From contig CAXXNO010000004.1 in the NCBI GenBank assembly GCA_963663235.2, positions 132,515-196,514 of the forward strand: 64,000 nucleotides of DNA. Reading direction: 5' to 3'. The translations under genes and the position numbers were made by a program. This document shows positions 8,923 through 19,046 of this stretch, piece by piece. Numbering within the stretch: position 1 is the stretch's first letter; every line of letters starts with the position of its first letter. The notes under the pieces were generated by a model that saw only the letters and a list, made by a program, of their open reading frames with translations, had not been told where the DNA came from and searched no databases. Origin of the DNA: Dehalococcoidia bacterium (lineage in GTDB: Bacteria; Chloroflexota; Dehalococcoidia; Bin125).

Positions 8923-10998
8923 CTAACCGGCGGCGGGCGTCCCCTCCGCGAGCAAGGCCAGCAGGGCGTCCGGCGTGGTCACGGGCAGGCTGCACGTGAA
9001 GCCGTGACAGACGTAGGCCGTGGCGACGCCATCGCGCGGCTCCTTGCCATCCAGTTGCGGCACCTGCGTCGGCGCGCCAGGCGCTCTCTGCGCCAGGGCG
9101 AGGGTGGGGAAATAACCGTCCCGGACCGCGCGCAGGAGGGCTTGCGTATCGGCGCTGTCGGGATCGCCGACTACGGTGACGGTCTGGTGTCGCTGGAGCC
9201 AGTCGAGCGTGGTGACCAAGAGCGGCATCATCGTGGGCGCGCGCGCCAGGATCAGGGCGTGCGCGCGCGCCGTGGCCTCCAAGCGGTCGGCGAACTTCCC
9301 CTCCCCGGTGAGCGCGTAGAGCCGGGCCAGCACCTTGGCGGCGTGGGAGTTGCCTGATGGGGTGGCGCCGTCGGAGGCGGGCTTGCTGCGCGTGATCAAG
9401 GCTTCGTTGTCACTGCCGGCGGTGAAGAAGCCGCCGTCGGCCTCATCCCAGAACTTCGCCAGCATCTCCTGCCCAAGCGAGAGCGCCTCGCCGAACCAGC
9501 GCTCGTCGCCGGTGGCCTCGTGGAGCGAGAGGAGAGCGTCGGCAAAGGCGGCGTAATCCTCCAGGAAGGCTGGCACCGACGCGCGTCCGCCCGCGTAGAT
9601 GCGGAAGAGCCCGCCGTCGGGCCGCAACGTGTCGAGGAGGAAGGCGGCGGCCTGCTCGGCGGCTTCCAGGAAGTGCGGCGCGGCGAGCGTCGCGCCACCC
9701 TGCGCCAGCGCGTCGATCGCCATGCCGTTCCAGGCCACGATGATCTTGGTATCGGTCGCCGGCGGGATCCGGGTGGCGCGTTCGGCCAAGAGAGCCGCGC
9801 GCCCGCGCGCCAGGAGCGCCGCGACGTCCTCAGCGGACCGCCCCTGCCAGTTGGCGACGTCCTCCACACTCGCCGTCGGGTGCAGGATGGACTTGCCCTC
9901 GAAGTTGCCGGGATCGGAGACGTCGTAATAGCGGTTGAAGACCGGCGCGTCGTCGGGGCCCAGCAGGCGCTCGGTGTCGGCCGGCGTCCAAACGAAGTAC
10001 TTGCCCTCCTCGCCTTCGGAGTCGGCGTCGGTGCTGGAGTAGAAGGCGCCCTCGGGCGAGCGCATGTCGCGAAGCAGGTAGTCGAGCGTCTCCTCGGCAA
10101 TGCGTGCGTAAAACGGGTCCTCGGTGAGTCGCGCCGCGTCGAGGTAGAGCGGCGCTAGGAGGGCGTTGTCGTACAGCATCTTTTCGAAGTGCGGCACCAA
10201 CCACTCGGCGTCGACGGAGTAGCGGTGGAAGCCGCCGCCCAACTGGTCGTACATCCCGCCCTCCGCCATCTTGCGGAGCGTGAAGAGGGCCTGCTCCCGC
10301 GAGCGCTCGTCGGCGGCGGCGTGCGCGTAATGCAGGAGCAGGCGGGGGAAGAACGGCTGCGGGAACTTGGGCGCCCCGCCGAAGCCGCCGTCGCGCGGAT
10401 CGTAGGCCTCCATGATCGCGGAGGCGGTGGTGCGCAGCGACTCGGTTGCGTCGGGCGTCGCTTCGGCGGGGGCGAGGGTCGTCGCCTTGCCCAAACTCTC
10501 GACGAGCTTGCCGGCCTGCTGCGCGATGTCTTCGCGGCGATCGCGGTAGGCGACTGCAACGGACTCCAGCACTTCGGTCCAGGACGGCATGCCCATTCGT
10601 CGGTCCGGCGGGAAGTAGGTGCCGCCGAAGAAGGGACGACCGTCCGGGAGGCAGAACACGTTCAGCGGCCAGCCCCCCTGCCCGCGCAGGAGCTGCACGG
10701 CCTGCATATAGATCTCATCGACGTCGGGGCGCTCCTCGCGGTCAACTTTGATGCTGACGAAGAGGTCGTTCTGGCGTTGTGCGGCGGCCGGATCCTCGAA
10801 CGACTCGCGCTCCATCACGTGGCACCAGTGACAGGCGGCATAGCCGATGCTCACCAGCACGGGTTTGTCCTCCTGCCGCGCCTTCTCGAACGCCTCCGGA
10901 CTCCAGGCGTACCAGTCGACGGGATTGTGGGCGTGCTGGAGGAGATAGGGGCTGGTCTCACGCGCCAGGCGGTTGGTATAGCTCGGTTCGTCGGACAC
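8923..10998 (-). CDS. thioredoxin-domain protein of the DUF255/YyaL type (thioredoxin-like N-domain plus alpha/alpha-toroid)
   Basis: [56 protein letters not shown]. The likely start is GTG 10998, preceded by GGGAG with a 7-nt spacer. ATG 11091 is an alternative. Confidence 0.88.
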   Translation of the reverse strand: MSDEPSYTNRLARETSPYLLQHAHNPVDWYAWSPEAFEKARQEDKPVLVSIGYAACHWCHVMERESFEDPAAAQRQNDLFVSIKVDREERPDVDEIYMQAVQLLRGQGGWPLNVFCLPDGRPFFGGTYFPPDRRMGMPSWTEVLESVAVAYRDRREDIAQQAGKLVESLGKATTLAPAEATPDATESLRTTASAIMEAYDPRDGGFGGAPKFPQPFFPRLLLHYAHAAADERSREQALFTLRKMAEGGMYDQLGGGFHRYSVDAEWLVPHFEKMLYDNALLAPLYLDAARLTEDPFYARIAEETLDYLLRDMRSPEGAFYSSTDADSEGEEGKYFVWTPADTERLLGPDDAPVFNRYYDVSDPGNFEGKSILHPTASVEDVANWQGRSAEDVAALLARGRAALLAERATRIPPATDTKIIVAWNGMAIDALAQGGATLAAPHFLEAAEQAAAFLLDTLRPDGGLFRIYAGGRASVPAFLEDYAAFADALLSLHEATGDERWFGEALSLGQEMLAKFWDEADGGFFTAGSDNEALITRSKPASDGATPSGNSHAAKVLARLYALTGEGKFADRLEATARAHALILARAPTMMPLLVTTLDWLQRHQTVTVVGDPDSADTQALLRAVRDGYFPTLALAQRAPGAPTQVPQLDGKEPRDGVATAYVCHGFTCSLPVTTPDALLALLAEGTPAAG

Positions 10999-11260
10999 GA
11001 TCAGGCTCCCGTCCCAGGGCGCACCACCACCGAGGCAGCGGTTGGTCGGCTTCTTCAACCATATCGTTAACCATGTCGGCCTGGTTGGCATGGAGGGCGC
11101 CGTCGACGCGCGCCGCGCGCGTTCGTGGACACGGCGGCCGGCGCGGTCGTGGGGCTGCACGCCACCATCGCCGGGCGCGAACGCGAGCCGGAAGGTGGGC
11201 GGGGCTCTTAGCCGCACTGGTCCCTATACCTGATCTCACCGTCGCCGGAGGGCGGAGCCG

Positions 11261-11692
11261 TCAAGGTCGAAACGGGATCAACTCCGTGAGGATGCCGCCT
11301 ACGTCGGTGGGAACGAAAAAGGCGGCGGGGAGGCGTGAGGGGTCATGGCTGGGGCCGAGGTCGATCTGCGTGACGCCGTTCTCGCGCAGGCGTCGGATCT
11401 CACCTTCAAGGTCGTGCACGCCGAAGCAGATGTGGTGCAGGCCGGGGCCGCGTTTGGCCAGGTAGCGGGCGATGCCGCTGGTTGTGTCCTGCGGGATCAG
11501 CACTTCGATGCGGGCCTCGCCGGAGCCGGGCCGAACGAAGTAGATGCGGGTGTTCTGCGGCTTGAAGAGCGTGCCCTCCGGGAGGGTGGTGCGGGTCTCA
11601 TCGACCTGGAGGCCGAGCCGGCCGAGGAGGACCTCCGACGCCTCATCCCAGGTACGCGCGACGATGCCGACGTGGTCGAGTTTGTCCAGCAT
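11261..11692 (-). CDS. VOC-family protein, methylmalonyl-CoA epimerase-like
   Basis: MLDKLDHVGIVARTWDEA...GPGLHHICFGVHDLEGEI. Strong SD GGGAGGTGG lies upstream of ATG 11692. Confidence 0.8.
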   Translation of the reverse strand: MLDKLDHVGIVARTWDEASEVLLGRLGLQVDETRTTLPEGTLFKPQNTRIYFVRPGSGEARIEVLIPQDTTSGIARYLAKRGPGLHHICFGVHDLEGEIRRLRENGVTQIDLGPSHDPSRLPAAFFVPTDVGGILTELIPFRP

Positions 11693-11844
11693 GAAATCGC
11701 CACCTCCCACGGTCGCGGGCAATATAGCGGCCACGTCCGTGCGAACAAGGGAGCGTGAGACGTTCGTTCGTGCCGGTTCTCCGTTGAGGTGCCGCTGCGC
11801 GAGGACTAGACTCCGCGCACTTCGGTCGAGGGAAAGAGGCAGCA

Positions 11845-12762
11845 ATGGAGCAGGTACGAATCCCGAGCGGCGGGGTGCGCATCGCCGGCGACCTCCATAT
11901 TCCGGAGGGGATGCGGGCGGGGGAGCGGCGCCCTGGGCTGGTGCTGGGACACGGCTTCGGGATCCTGAAGCAGTCGCTGGTGACGCCCGCGGAGCACTTC
12001 CGTCGGGCGGGGTACGTGACGCTGGCCATCGACTACCGGACCTTCGGCGAGAGCGAGGGGGAACCGCGGGGGCAGCTCTTTCCGCTCAACGAGGTGGAAG
12101 ACTACCGCAACGCGATCAGCTACCTGCAAACGCGACCGGAGGTGGACCCGGAGCAAATCGGGATCTGGGGGGCGAGCTTCGGAGGGGCGGTAGTGATCTG
12201 GACGGCCGCGGTCGATCGACGGGTGAAGGCGGTGGTGTCGGAGGTACCGGTGGTCAACGGGCGGCGCTGGATGCAGGCGCTGTACACGAGCGCGGGCTGG
12301 GAGGCGCTGCTGGACCGGTTGGAGGCGGACCGGGAGCGCCGCTACGAAACGGGCGCGAGCGAACGGGTGCCGCCGACGCAGCGCCTGGGGCCCGAGGGGA
12401 TCATCCCGATGAACCCACGGACGATGGCGTTCTTCGACGCGTACGCGAAGACGACGGATGAGCCGCTGCTGGTGGCGGAGCCGGAGATCACGCTGGAGTC
12501 GATCGAGAAAGTCATCGAGTTCAACCCGGAGAGCGTGATCCACCAGATCGGGCCGCGACCGCTGACCATCGTGACCACGGGCGGTTGGGACGTTATCCAC
12601 CTGCTGGACCAGATCCAGGACGCATACAAGAAGGCCAACGAGCCGAAGCGGCTGGTGCTGATCCCCTGCGAGGCCTACGAGATCTACCACGAGCCGGCGC
12701 AGACCTGGGCGCTGGACGCCGCGTTGCAGAGCTTCCGGGAGGCGCTCCCCGTCGGAACGTAG
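11845..12762 (+). CDS. alpha/beta hydrolase
   Basis: HGFG oxyanion region and nucleophile elbow GIWGASFGG. Size and layout are typical of the fold. Confidence 0.85.
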   Translation: MEQVRIPSGGVRIAGDLHIPEGMRAGERRPGLVLGHGFGILKQSLVTPAEHFRRAGYVTLAIDYRTFGESEGEPRGQLFPLNEVEDYRNAISYLQTRPEVDPEQIGIWGASFGGAVVIWTAAVDRRVKAVVSEVPVVNGRRWMQALYTSAGWEALLDRLEADRERRYETGASERVPPTQRLGPEGIIPMNPRTMAFFDAYAKTTDEPLLVAEPEITLESIEKVIEFNPESVIHQIGPRPLTIVTTGGWDVIHLLDQIQDAYKKANEPKRLVLIPCEAYEIYHEPAQTWALDAALQSFREALPVGT

Positions 12763-12784
12763 GCGGACCGCGAAGGAGTGCAGC

Positions 12785-13558
12785 GTGGCGCGTCGCTTCG
12801 AGCAGAAGGTTGTCGTGATCACGGGCGCGGCCGGCGGCATCGGCCGGGCGACGGCGGAGCGGTTCGCGTCGGAGGGGGCGCGACTGGCGCTGGTCGACCT
12901 GGCGGGCAGCGCGCTGGACCAAGCGGCGGCGGCGATCGAACGGGCCGGAGGCGAGGTGATCGCGGTGGCGGCGGACGTGAGCGACACCGCCGACGTGCAG
13001 CGCTACGTGGGCGAGGCGAGGAGCCGTTTGGGCGGGATCGACTGCTTCTTCAACAACGCGGCGATCGAGGGCGTTATCGCGCCGATCGTGGAATACCCGG
13101 AGGAGACCTGGGAGCGGGTCTTCGAGGTCAACGTGAAGGGGGTGTGGCTAGGGCTGAAGCACGTGGTCCCGGCCATGCGGGAGCGGGGCGGCGGGGCGAT
13201 CGTGATCACGTCGTCGACGTCGGGGCTGCGGGGCGAAGCGAACAACTCGGCCTACAACGCCAGCAAGCACGCGGTGCTGGGGCTCACACGGACGGCGGCG
13301 CAGGAGTTCGCGGCGGACGGGATCCGGGTGAACGCGATCTGCCCCGGGCCGATCGAGACGGAGATGCTGCACCGGATCGAGCGGATGATCGAGCCGGACC
13401 AGCCTGAGGCGGCGCAGGCCCGGCTCCAAGAGTGGCCGCTGCTGAAGCGCTACGGCGAGCCGCGCGAGGTGGCGGCGATGGTGGCGTTCCTGTGCAGCAA
13501 GGACGCGTCGTACGTAACGGGCGGGGTGTACGTGGTGGATGGGGGGACGGTGGCGTAG
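12785..13558 (+). CDS. SDR-family oxidoreductase
   Basis: VVVITGAAGGIGRATA cofactor motif, NNAAI, and catalytic YNASKHAV. Confidence 0.93.
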   Translation: MARRFEQKVVVITGAAGGIGRATAERFASEGARLALVDLAGSALDQAAAAIERAGGEVIAVAADVSDTADVQRYVGEARSRLGGIDCFFNNAAIEGVIAPIVEYPEETWERVFEVNVKGVWLGLKHVVPAMRERGGGAIVITSSTSGLRGEANNSAYNASKHAVLGLTRTAAQEFAADGIRVNAICPGPIETEMLHRIERMIEPDQPEAAQARLQEWPLLKRYGEPREVAAMVAFLCSKDASYVTGGVYVVDGGTVA

Positions 13559-13630
13559 GGGGAGGGAGCGACGCCGATTACGGCGGCTGCGCGTCGACTA
13601 TCTCGATCACCCGGCGGGCAGCGCGCAGTC

Positions 13631-14254
13631 CTAGCCCTGGGCGGCGGTCACAATCAGATCGGCGGCTTGCTCCGAGCTGAGGATGTCGGTGTTGATGACG
13701 AGGTCGTAGTGAGTGGGCTGCTCCTCCTCGATCTGGTAGAAGCGCTTGAGGTAGCTGCGGCGGTCGCGATCGGAGGCCTTGACGGTCTTCTTGGCGTCAC
13801 GCTCACTCATAGAGGCGGTGTGCACAAGGCGCTGCGCCCGCGTGTCGGGGGAGGCGGTGACGAGCACGCGCAAGCAATCGCTCTTGCCGGCGAGCGCCAT
13901 GCTGGCCCCGTGCGCCGCGATGACGACCCGTCCTTCGTCCCCGACCTCGCAGATCACCTCTATGATCAGGGGCTCGTAGCTCGACGGTGGGGGGTTGGCC
14001 GCTTGGTGGCCGGCGAGGACGCCGGTGGGGTCGACGGTGGCGGTGGTGGTAATCGCTTGCACGATCCGTTCGATGAGCGGCCGCTTGCGCTCCGCGGCGA
14101 CGACGTCGGCCGGGGAGACGTGCGCCTTGGCCGCCGCTTTCATGATGATGGCGCCGTCCATATAGCGATATTTGAGGCGGCGAGCGACGCTGGCGCCGAT
14201 CTCTTCTCCACCGGCGCCGAGCGAGCGGGAGATACAAACGACCGCAGTGGCCAT
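13631..14254 (-). CDS. cytidylate kinase-like family protein
   Basis: VVCISRSLGAGGEEIGASVARRLKYRYMD is a typical N-terminus of this family. AAGGAG SD precedes ATG 14254. Confidence 0.8.
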   Translation of the reverse strand: MATAVVCISRSLGAGGEEIGASVARRLKYRYMDGAIIMKAAAKAHVSPADVVAAERKRPLIERIVQAITTTATVDPTGVLAGHQAANPPPSSYEPLIIEVICEVGDEGRVVIAAHGASMALAGKSDCLRVLVTASPDTRAQRLVHTASMSERDAKKTVKASDRDRRSYLKRFYQIEEEQPTHYDLVINTDILSSEQAADLIVTAAQG

Positions 14255-14443
14255 CGATCTCTCCTTCCGCGCTGATCGCTGAGGATCCCTCGGGCAGGCC
14301 TGGGATAGCAGTTTCGAGCCGCCGGACGCAAGAGACAGGGGCAGGGTCGGCGGGGAAGGAGCCTGTAGCGGTGGTGACGTAGATGCGGCGATTGGCGGGC
14401 GGAGGGGACATGCGCCGATCGTCGCGTGGGGCGCGCGGCGCGT

Positions 14444-15112
14444 CTACGAGGCGCCCGCGCTCTTTTCTTTGTGACGCGCCACGAGGGCACGGAACTTGGG
14501 GCCGTGCGCATCGCTCGATCGGAGGTCGGCGAGGTCGTTGTCCGTCTCGGCGTAGCCGAAGCGGGCGAAGTCGAGATCGAAGGTGCGCTCGAGATCGGCG
14601 AGGGCGTCGTCGAAGCGTTCGAGGCGGCTGAGGGCGCAGGCGCGATCGTAGAGGACGCTGGGGACGTCCGCCTCGAGCTCGAGCGCTTGGTCGAGAGCGT
14701 CGAGTGTTTCGTTATAGCGGCCGATCATCAGCAGGAGGCTGCCGTGGATGCCGTGGATCGTTGCGCTCTTCGTATCGAGCTTGAGGGCGGCGTCGACCGC
14801 GCGCAGGGCGTGCATGCCGCGCTGCAACCCGGCGAGCGGCATGGCGCGGTGGGCCAGGGTGAGGGGGTCATCCGGCTCCAGCTCCAGGGAACGGTCGTAG
14901 GCGTCGAGGGCCTCCTGGTAGCGGAAGAGCTGCGCCAGGGCGAGGCCGCGCTTGGTGTGAGAGGGGGCGTGGTCGGGGCGGAGCTCCAGCGCGGCGTCGT
15001 AGGCCTGGAGCGCCTCCTCCCAGTGGGTGGTGACGGCGAGGCCGTCGCCGCGGGCGAGGAGGGCGTCCGCGTCTTCGAGGCCGGCGTCGGGGGCGCTGTC
15101 GGCGTCGGGCAT
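14444..15112 (-). CDS. tetratricopeptide-repeat protein
   Basis: Repeated 34-aa TPR-like units (EEALQAYDAALELRPDH.., QEALDAYDRSLELEPDD.., NETLDALDQALELEAD..). Confidence 0.8.
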   Translation of the reverse strand: MPDADSAPDAGLEDADALLARGDGLAVTTHWEEALQAYDAALELRPDHAPSHTKRGLALAQLFRYQEALDAYDRSLELEPDDPLTLAHRAMPLAGLQRGMHALRAVDAALKLDTKSATIHGIHGSLLLMIGRYNETLDALDQALELEADVPSVLYDRACALSRLERFDDALADLERTFDLDFARFGYAETDNDLADLRSSDAHGPKFRALVARHKEKSAGAS

Positions 15113-15185
15113 GGGGCGGGCCTCTCGCTCGATGCGGGCGCGGAGGGTCGAGTATAGGAGGTGGCCGGAGCGTTAGGATCGGTGC

Positions 15186-16082
15186 ATGGCGCTGGACCTG
15201 ACGGGGATCATGGTGGCGACGGTGACGCCGTTCACGGGGGGCGGGGCGGCGGTCGACCACGAGTGGATGGCCGGGCATCTGCGGTTCCTGGAAGACGCAG
15301 GGATCACATCGGTGTTTCCGCTGGGCACCAACGGCGAGGGGTCGTCGGTGGGGGTGGAGGAGCGCAAGCGGGTCATCGAGACGGCAGTGCGACACAAGGG
15401 CGGGATGGGGGTGGTGGCGGGGGCGGGGACGCCGTCGCTGCCGGACACGATCCGCGCGGCCAACGACGCGCTCGACGCCGGGGCCGACGCCGTGGCGATC
15501 CTGCCGCCGTACTTCTACGCCGACGCCGACGCGGCGGGGCTGGTCGCCTACTACAGCGCGGTGATCGAGGCGCTGCCGTCGCAGGGCCGGGTGCTGCTGT
15601 ACAACATCCCCTCCAAAGCGCAGGTGGACATTCCCGACGAAGTGGCGCTGGCGCTGCTGGAGCTGCACGGCGAGCAGGTGATCGGGATCAAGGATTCGAG
15701 CGGGGAGGTGGAGCGGACGCGCCGGTACGTGGAGCTTTCGCCGGAGCTGGCCGTGCTGGCGGGGTCGGACCGGCACCACGCGGAGCTGTACGGCGTCGGG
15801 TGCGTGGGCGGCGTCACCGGGCTCGGGAACGCCGTGCCGCACCTGGTGCTGGCGATCCAGGCGGCGCACCGTCGTGGCGGCGACGCCGCGCGGGCGCAGG
15901 CCGAGCTGGAGCGGCTGCGGGCCGTGCTGGCGGGCTTTCCGGCGTTCGGCGCGCTCAAGCACCTGATCACCCTGACGGCACGGCTGCCTCTGACCCAGGC
16001 GCGGCCGCCGAACCGGGACCTGACGGAGGAGGAGCGTCGTGACCTGGAGACCGCGGTCGGCGCCTACCTGCGGGTTGAGTGA
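15186..16082 (+). CDS. dihydrodipicolinate synthase family (DapA-like) lyase
   Basis: GIMVATVTPF.., FPLGTNGEG, and a Schiff-base lysine context (IGIKDSSG), typical of the DapA/NAL family. Confidence 0.88.
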   Translation: MALDLTGIMVATVTPFTGGGAAVDHEWMAGHLRFLEDAGITSVFPLGTNGEGSSVGVEERKRVIETAVRHKGGMGVVAGAGTPSLPDTIRAANDALDAGADAVAILPPYFYADADAAGLVAYYSAVIEALPSQGRVLLYNIPSKAQVDIPDEVALALLELHGEQVIGIKDSSGEVERTRRYVELSPELAVLAGSDRHHAELYGVGCVGGVTGLGNAVPHLVLAIQAAHRRGGDAARAQAELERLRAVLAGFPAFGALKHLITLTARLPLTQARPPNRDLTEEERRDLETAVGAYLRVE

Positions 16083-16124
16083 CCGTTATACTGCGCGCAG
16101 GCGGCGGACCCAGGAAGCGGCCCG

Positions 16125-16808
16125 ATGCGCATCCTTGTAGCGGACGACGAACCGCACATCCGTGAACTCATACGCATGTACCTCTCGAAGGAGGGGTACC
16201 AGGTTGAGAGCGCGGTCGACGGGCAGGACGCGCTGGACAAAGCGCGCCGGCTGCAGCCGGACTTGATCGTGCTGGACCTGATGATGCCCCGCGTTGACGG
16301 GTTTGAAGTCACCAAAGAGCTCCGCGAGGAGTCGGACGTCCCGATCCTGATGCTCACGGTGCGCAAAGAGGATGCCATCAAGGTGAAGGGGCTGGAGCTG
16401 GGCGCGGACGACTACCTCACGAAGCCGTTCAACCCCAAGGAGTTGGTGGCCCGGGTCAAAGCGATCCTGCGGCGGGCGGACGGCCTGCAGCGCTCGGGGG
16501 TGGACGTGCAGATGGGGAGCCTGCATCTGCATCGCAAGCGGCGGGAGGCCACGCTGGGCGCGCGCACGCTCAACCTTCGCACCAAAGAGTTCGACCTGCT
16601 CTTTTGCCTGGCGCAGAACGCGGGGGCCGCGCTCTCGCGCGAGCAACTGCTAGAGATCGTGTGGGGCTACACCTTCGCGGGGGAAACCCGCACCGTGGAC
16701 GTGCACGTGAACCACCTGCGCCAGCGACTCCAGGACAGCGACATACGCATCGAGACGCTCCGGGGCGTGGGCTACAAGCTAACGGCGGCCCCCAGTGGCG
16801 ACGCTTAG
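16125..16808 (+). CDS. OmpR/PhoB-family response regulator
   Basis: REC domain (MRILVADDE.., LDLMMPRVDG, KPF) plus a winged-helix output (TRTVDVHVNHLRQRL..IETLRGVGYKL). Confidence 0.95.
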   Translation: MRILVADDEPHIRELIRMYLSKEGYQVESAVDGQDALDKARRLQPDLIVLDLMMPRVDGFEVTKELREESDVPILMLTVRKEDAIKVKGLELGADDYLTKPFNPKELVARVKAILRRADGLQRSGVDVQMGSLHLHRKRREATLGARTLNLRTKEFDLLFCLAQNAGAALSREQLLEIVWGYTFAGETRTVDVHVNHLRQRLQDSDIRIETLRGVGYKLTAAPSGDA

Positions 16809-18318
16809 CGTCGGACTGCGGCGGCCGCGCGCCCGGCTGACGCGTCCGGGCCTGAAGCTGCTCTCGCCGCTGCAAGGGATCCGTGCGCGGGTCTACGCCA
16901 CGCTCGCGCTGGTGATCGTGCTGACGCTCGTGATCGCGGGCGTGGTGCTGTTCTTCCTGCTGGGCGGCTATCAGGACCGGCTCGCCACCTCCACGCTGCG
17001 CCAGATCGGCGGACCGGTGTATGAGTCGGTCGCGACGCTGGCGGATGCGAACTTCCGGGCCTTCGAGGTCAGCCGACAGTTGCAGGGGACCGTCGGGGGA
17101 GAATCCGACGTACTGATCCTGTTCGTCAACGCAGACGCGGTTGTGGTCAGCGAAGCCAGCCGCGACCCGCGCTTCCGCGGCGAGCGCCTGGAGATCGACC
17201 TCGCCAAGGTGGGCGTGGGCACGGACGGGTTTGCGGAAGGCAATCTGAGCAGCGCGGACGGCACGCGCCTGACCTACTTGGCCACTGGACTGGAAGCGGA
17301 GGCGGCGGAGCGGTTCAACGCGTCGCACATCATCTTCGCGCTGCCGAACGAGAACCGGCAGGCGGTGCTGGGCGATCTCACCCCGCGGCTGGTTGTGGCC
17401 GGGGGCATGGCCCTGGTGGTGGCGATCATCGCGGCGCTCCTGCTTTCGCGCTCGATTTATCGGCCGCTGGAGGCCACCACCGCGGCGGCGCGGAGCGTGG
17501 CGCGGGGCCGCTTCGATCACAAGGTGTCGGTGAGCGGCACGAAGGAGGCGCGCGAGCTGGCAGAGTCGTTCAACCAGATGACCGACGAAGTGCAAAGCCA
17601 GCAGGCCGCCCTGCGCGACTTCCTGGCGAACGTCTCGCATGACCTGCAAACGCCGTTGACCTCGATCCACGGCTTTTCGCAGGCGCTGCTGGACGGCACC
17701 GTCGACGACGGCGCTGCGCAGGGCAACGCGTACCGCATCATCGAAGAGGAATCGCGGCGCCTGCTGCGGCTGGTAGAGGGGCTGCTGGACCTCTCTCGGA
17801 TCGAGGCGGGGCAATTGGAGCTGGTCCTGCAGCCCGTCGCCGTCGGCGACTTGCTCCAGCACGTCCACGACCTGTTTGCGCTGCGGGCGGACGAGCTGAA
17901 CGTGCAGTTGCGCCTCGAACCGACAGACGTGCCAGCCGTCATTGGCGACGTGGACCGGCTGGAACAGGTGCTCGCGAACCTAGTCGACAACGCCTTGCGC
18001 CACACGCCGCCCGGCGGGCAAGTGCGACTCAGCGCCCGCCAGGAAAGCGAGGCCACGGCGAGCATCGAGGTGAGCGACACCGGATCGGGGATCGCCGCCG
18101 ACGCCATCCCACACCTCTTCGATCGCTACTACCGCTCCGACCGCAGCGGCGCGCAGGGCGGGACGGGTCTGGGCCTGGCGATCGCGCGCGAGCTGGTGCG
18201 CGCCCAACGCGGGGAGATCCAAGTGGAGAGCGGGTCGCAGGTGGGGACCAGCTTCCGCATCCTCCTGCGCACCCCACGCGACAGGAACACGACGAGCAGG
18301 CGCCGGAGCCTGGTGTGA
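16795..18318 (+). CDS. sensor histidine kinase (TM-HAMP-HisKA-HATPase)
   Basis: H-box FLANVSHDLQTPLTSI, N-box LVDNALRHT, and G-boxes DTGSGI and GGTGLGLAI. It overlaps the regulator gene end. Confidence 0.93.
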   Translation: MATLSVGLRRPRARLTRPGLKLLSPLQGIRARVYATLALVIVLTLVIAGVVLFFLLGGYQDRLATSTLRQIGGPVYESVATLADANFRAFEVSRQLQGTVGGESDVLILFVNADAVVVSEASRDPRFRGERLEIDLAKVGVGTDGFAEGNLSSADGTRLTYLATGLEAEAAERFNASHIIFALPNENRQAVLGDLTPRLVVAGGMALVVAIIAALLLSRSIYRPLEATTAAARSVARGRFDHKVSVSGTKEARELAESFNQMTDEVQSQQAALRDFLANVSHDLQTPLTSIHGFSQALLDGTVDDGAAQGNAYRIIEEESRRLLRLVEGLLDLSRIEAGQLELVLQPVAVGDLLQHVHDLFALRADELNVQLRLEPTDVPAVIGDVDRLEQVLANLVDNALRHTPPGGQVRLSARQESEATASIEVSDTGSGIAADAIPHLFDRYYRSDRSGAQGGTGLGLAIARELVRAQRGEIQVESGSQVGTSFRILLRTPRDRNTTSRRRSLV

Positions 18319-19046
18319 CGGTGCGCAGCCCGGTCTCTCGTCGGGCGCGGCCAGCGCTCGCGCTGCTGGCCGCGCTAGGGTTGGTCCTGGCGGCCTGCGG
18401 GGGCAACGGCAGCGAGCCGGCCGTAGAACCCGCGCCCGAGCCCGAGCGCAACCCAGGTGTCATCGTCGAGGTGCTGGCGGAAGACATCGCGGCGGGTTTC
18501 GAGGAGATCAACTTCTATCACGACATCCCTGGGCTGTTGCTGGAGAGCGACGATCCGGTCCTCTCGGGGCTGGGGAGCCTGGCCAGTGAGGCCGGCCGCT
18601 CCGACGGCCAGGGCTTCGCCAATCTCGAGACCGGCGAGTTGGTGTTCGTGATCACGGTGGTTCTCAACTCGCTTGACGACGCGCACGGCGCGTTGGACTA
18701 CATCGCGGCGCAGACGGTCGAAACCATCTTTCAGTTCATCAGCCCCGATGAGACGCTGTTCGATCGCGAACGACTGGCCGACCCTCGGATGGGGGAGCGG
18801 GCGGTCCGTTACTCCCTGCGATACGGATCCGAGGAGGGGGGGCGGCGCACGCGAGACGTGGCGACAGACCTGATCATCTTCACCACCGGCGGCAGCCTGG
18901 TCTTCGTGCTGCAGTCCGTGACCACCGGCGACAAGGCGAGCGCGGCAGGACAAAGCGTGGATCTCGTGACGCTGAGCCGTACGATCAGCGATCGCATCGT
19001 GGACGAGCAGGCGGCGGCGCCAGAGCCCAGCGAGATGTCCCCCTAG
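18315..19046 (+). CDS. lipoprotein of unknown function, translationally coupled to the kinase gene
   Basis: GTGA start/stop overlap with the kinase. The signal peptide carries a lipobox (LAALGLVLAACGG). Confidence 0.7.
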   Translation: MTVRSPVSRRARPALALLAALGLVLAACGGNGSEPAVEPAPEPERNPGVIVEVLAEDIAAGFEEINFYHDIPGLLLESDDPVLSGLGSLASEAGRSDGQGFANLETGELVFVITVVLNSLDDAHGALDYIAAQTVETIFQFISPDETLFDRERLADPRMGERAVRYSLRYGSEEGGRRTRDVATDLIIFTTGGSLVFVLQSVTTGDKASAAGQSVDLVTLSRTISDRIVDEQAAAPEPSEMSP